The notes under the pieces were generated by a model. It saw only the letters and a program-made list of their open reading frames with translations. It made no database searches and had not been told where the DNA came from. Positions 41,328 through 43,284 of a stretch of 43,284 nucleotides of DNA are shown in pieces. This DNA comes from Planctomyces sp. GTDB taxonomy: Bacteria > Planctomycetota > Planctomycetia > Planctomycetales > Planctomycetaceae. The position numbers and the translations under genes are program-made. How positions within the stretch are numbered: the first letter of the stretch is position 1; each line of letters opens with the position of its first letter. The DNA lies in NCBI GenBank assembly GCA_031387195.1, contig JANNDA010001144.1:1-43284 (forward strand), written 5' to 3'.

Positions 41328-42641
41328 TCAATAAATGGCCCCGGCAGCCTGCGTGGAGGTTAGATCGGTATCGCCATCGAAGTCCAAGTCCAAGGCCGAG
41401 AGGTTGTACGTCGTGATTCCCGTGCCGAGCCAAGCGACGAGGTCGAACGTGTCTCCCACGCCAGTCGTCGGGTTGTAGTCGAGCTTGACCACGGAGAGGT
41501 TGGTGTAGGTCAGCGGTTGGCCCGCCGTCACATTCATCGTCGTGCTGGACGTCGCTGAGATCAGATAGACCGCTCGTTGCTGGACGGATTGAGCGAGCTT
41601 CCTGTTGTAGACATTGCCCACGACATGAGCCATGCCGTTGGCTTCGATCAGCAACGCCGTCTGCTCGTTGATCCCCATGCCACGCGGCGTAACAGCCAAA
41701 CCGTCTTGATCCATGCGGGCCATGAAGGTGACCAATCGGCCCATGCGGTCGCGCTGCTGGAAGTGGCTGTCCGTGACAAAGTCGTCCAAATAACGCAGCA
41801 CGCTCTGCTGCCCAGGTTTGGCGACGACGAAGTCATTCTCGCTGACGAACCCACTATCGAGGATCACTCGCGAGTCATACGGGTTGGCCATCGCTTCCGT
41901 GGAAGTGATCGTGCCGGCCTGAGCAGAGAAGTCGAATTCGCTGAGCACGGCCAGTCCGGCGCTGGTGCCGCCAATCGGCGCGTTCCGCGCAATCGCATCG
42001 TAGATCGCGGTTTCAAGAGCCGTGTTCTTCCACAGATTGATGTAGTCCGCCTGATCGCCTCCCGCGATGAAGATGGCTTCGGCTTCGCGGATCTTCTGCG
42101 CGACGAAAGCATCATTCGCTCCTGCGATCGTCGAGATCACCAGCGTGGCCACGGAGTCCAGCGCTGGAACCAGCCCGTCGATGTAGGAGTTATACGCACT
42201 GGTCCCGGTGGCTCGCAGAACGACGAAGTCTCCGCCATTGGCCTTGGCTCCCAGCCAACGGAAGACCTCGTCGATATCGGTGCCACCACCCAGCAAGGCC
42301 AGCCCGCTGGATAACGCATTCACGGCGGCATCGGCGGCATTGCCCACGACCGAATAGACGTAGTCCTTGGGTGCCGCTGCGGCCGCGGTGCCCTTGCCTC
42401 CGGCGTTCTGTTCGCCGTTCGCCTCGAAGACGTCGGCCTGGCTGAATTGCAGCGCGGGGGAGTCGTAAATTGGCGCGTGTGCCAGTCCCACGTTGGCGGT
42501 GAGCAATTGCCGAGGTTCCAGTTGTTCCAGTCCGAATGACCGAAAACCACTCCGACGACGAGTTGGTCGATTCCTCGGAACCTCAAACCGATGAATCTGG
42601 TTTCCCAACACCGCCAACCAACCACTCAATAAGCGATTCAT
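41328..42641 (-). CDS. Peptidase S51 / cyanophycinase-like (class-I glutamine-amidotransferase-fold) protein with a LEPR-XLL N-terminal leader
   Basis: It has the S51 motifs AIFIAGGDQADY and PIGGTSAGLAVLSE (nucleophile Ser in GTSAG), plus DSHFQQRDRMGRLVTFM. The ORF extends to 42845, but ATG 42641 gives MNRLLSGWLAVLGNQIHRFEVPRNRPTRRRSGFRSFGLEQLEPRQLLTA, the usual position of this leader. Confidence 0.8.
   Translation of the reverse strand: MNRLLSGWLAVLGNQIHRFEVPRNRPTRRRSGFRSFGLEQLEPRQLLTANVGLAHAPIYDSPALQFSQADVFEANGEQNAGGKGTAAAAAPKDYVYSVVGNAADAAVNALSSGLALLGGGTDIDEVFRWLGAKANGGDFVVLRATGTSAYNSYIDGLVPALDSVATLVISTIAGANDAFVAQKIREAEAIFIAGGDQADYINLWKNTALETAIYDAIARNAPIGGTSAGLAVLSEFDFSAQAGTITSTEAMANPYDSRVILDSGFVSENDFVVAKPGQQSVLRYLDDFVTDSHFQQRDRMGRLVTFMARMDQDGLAVTPRGMGINEQTALLIEANGMAHVVGNVYNRKLAQSVQQRAVYLISATSSTTMNVTAGQPLTYTNLSVVKLDYNPTTGVGDTFDLVAWLGTGITTYNLSALDLDFDGDTDLTSTQAAGAIY
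42495..42641 (-). other. LEPR-XLL leader of the S51 protein
   Basis: LEQLEPRQLL is encoded at 42530-42501 and is an exact LEPRxLL motif. It is preceded by the Arg-rich stretch RNRPTRRRSGFRSFG and a short hydrophobic N-terminus. Confidence 0.75.
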
Positions 42642-42943
42642 GTGATTTCCAATTCTAAAAAACCTTGGGCTCATCCGACCCAATGATACACAGACGCAAC
42701 TCGAAGCGATGGTCGATAATGGAAAATGGATTTGTCGAAGCATCTCAACAAGCGTGACATCGAAGGCGAACCGTCGCAGAAAATCGAGAATCTCAAAAGT
42801 CGTTTCGGATTTGTACAACTTCGCAACGGGTGCGCTCTGAGCCACATCCGCTTCGTCCTAGACGGATCGCTTTCGAGTGGCATCACATCGACTCGCTGGA
42901 AGTCATCCACTGACGATGCCAAACTCTCGCGCAACTTGGAAGT

Positions 42944-42983
42944 TGGGCACTCTTGCCCGACCCGTGACGGGCAAGAGTGCCCA
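42944..42983. repeat. Inverted pair of GGGCA-N4-TGCCCG units (15-bp-stem hairpin) in the S51/ilvD divergent intergenic region
   Basis: tgggcactcttgcccgac (42944-42961) and gtgacgggcaagagtgccca (42964-42983) share 16 nt as reverse complements. The stem is gggcactcttgcccg / cgggcaagagtgccc with an 8-nt loop. Confidence 0.85.
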
Positions 42984-42991
42984 TCCTCCAG

Positions 42992-43026
42992 CCGAACACC
43001 GAACACCGAACACCGAACACCGAACA
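42992..43026. repeat. Tandem heptanucleotide repeat (CCGAACA)x5, 15 nt upstream of the ilvD start codon
   Basis: Direct reading gives ccgaaca ccgaaca ccgaaca ccgaaca ccgaaca, followed by caaagccacaacacc ATG. Confidence 0.95.
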
Positions 43027-43041
43027 CAAAGCCACAACACC

Positions 43042-43284
<243 letters not shown>

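Noticed and set aside
42992-43026. Heptamer array as a CRISPR or other spacer-containing array
   Set aside because: The repeats are 7 nt, contiguous and have no spacers, and no cas genes are in the window. It is a simple microsatellite.

Overview
This 43.3-kb chromosomal window looks planctomycete (Pirellulales-like). That is an inference from gene content: LEPR-XLL-type giant exoproteins, a TPR plus RNAP alpha-CTD protein, an NHLRC2-like protein, and many GC-rich palindromic repeats. All domain calls come from reading motifs by eye; no search was run. nt 1-16.8k is a dense housekeeping stretch. It holds a partial ABC exporter, an Ldh_2 oxidoreductase, a cupin, zwf, rpsR, a TPR + 2x alpha-CTD protein, a CoiA-like nuclease-fold orphan, a thioredoxin-NHL protein, moaC, an SDR epimerase and aroA/rsmB (ATGA-coupled). 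It ends with a HlyD-type adaptor next to a decapitated, frameshifted ABC ATPase remnant. nt 16.8k-43.0k is an accessory-looking block with only three genes. The first is a 2,202-aa secreted protein I cannot assign to a family. The second, convergent with it, is a 5,707-aa mosaic exoprotein (FliD/IN-like modules, EF-hand-like loops, two RTX blocks, Calx-like sandwiches, two PPC domains, T1SS-like C-terminus). The third, directly upstream of the giant on the same strand, is a peptidase-S51 (cyanophycinase-like) protein. The S51 protein and the giant share an unusual N-terminal leader of form LExLE(P/D)RxLL. ilvD begins at the right edge. I saw no rRNA, tRNA, CRISPR array, transposase or integrase. 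The best candidates for something new are four. (1) The S51 peptidase + giant exoprotein pair with a shared non-Sec-like leader, where the giant also carries a C-terminal T1SS-like signal. (2) A family of GTAGGTC...GACCTAC-bounded double-hairpin elements, one of which sits in frame inside the 2,202-aa gene. (3) The truncated exporter that marks the left junction of the block. (4) Unassigned repeat modules inside the giant.
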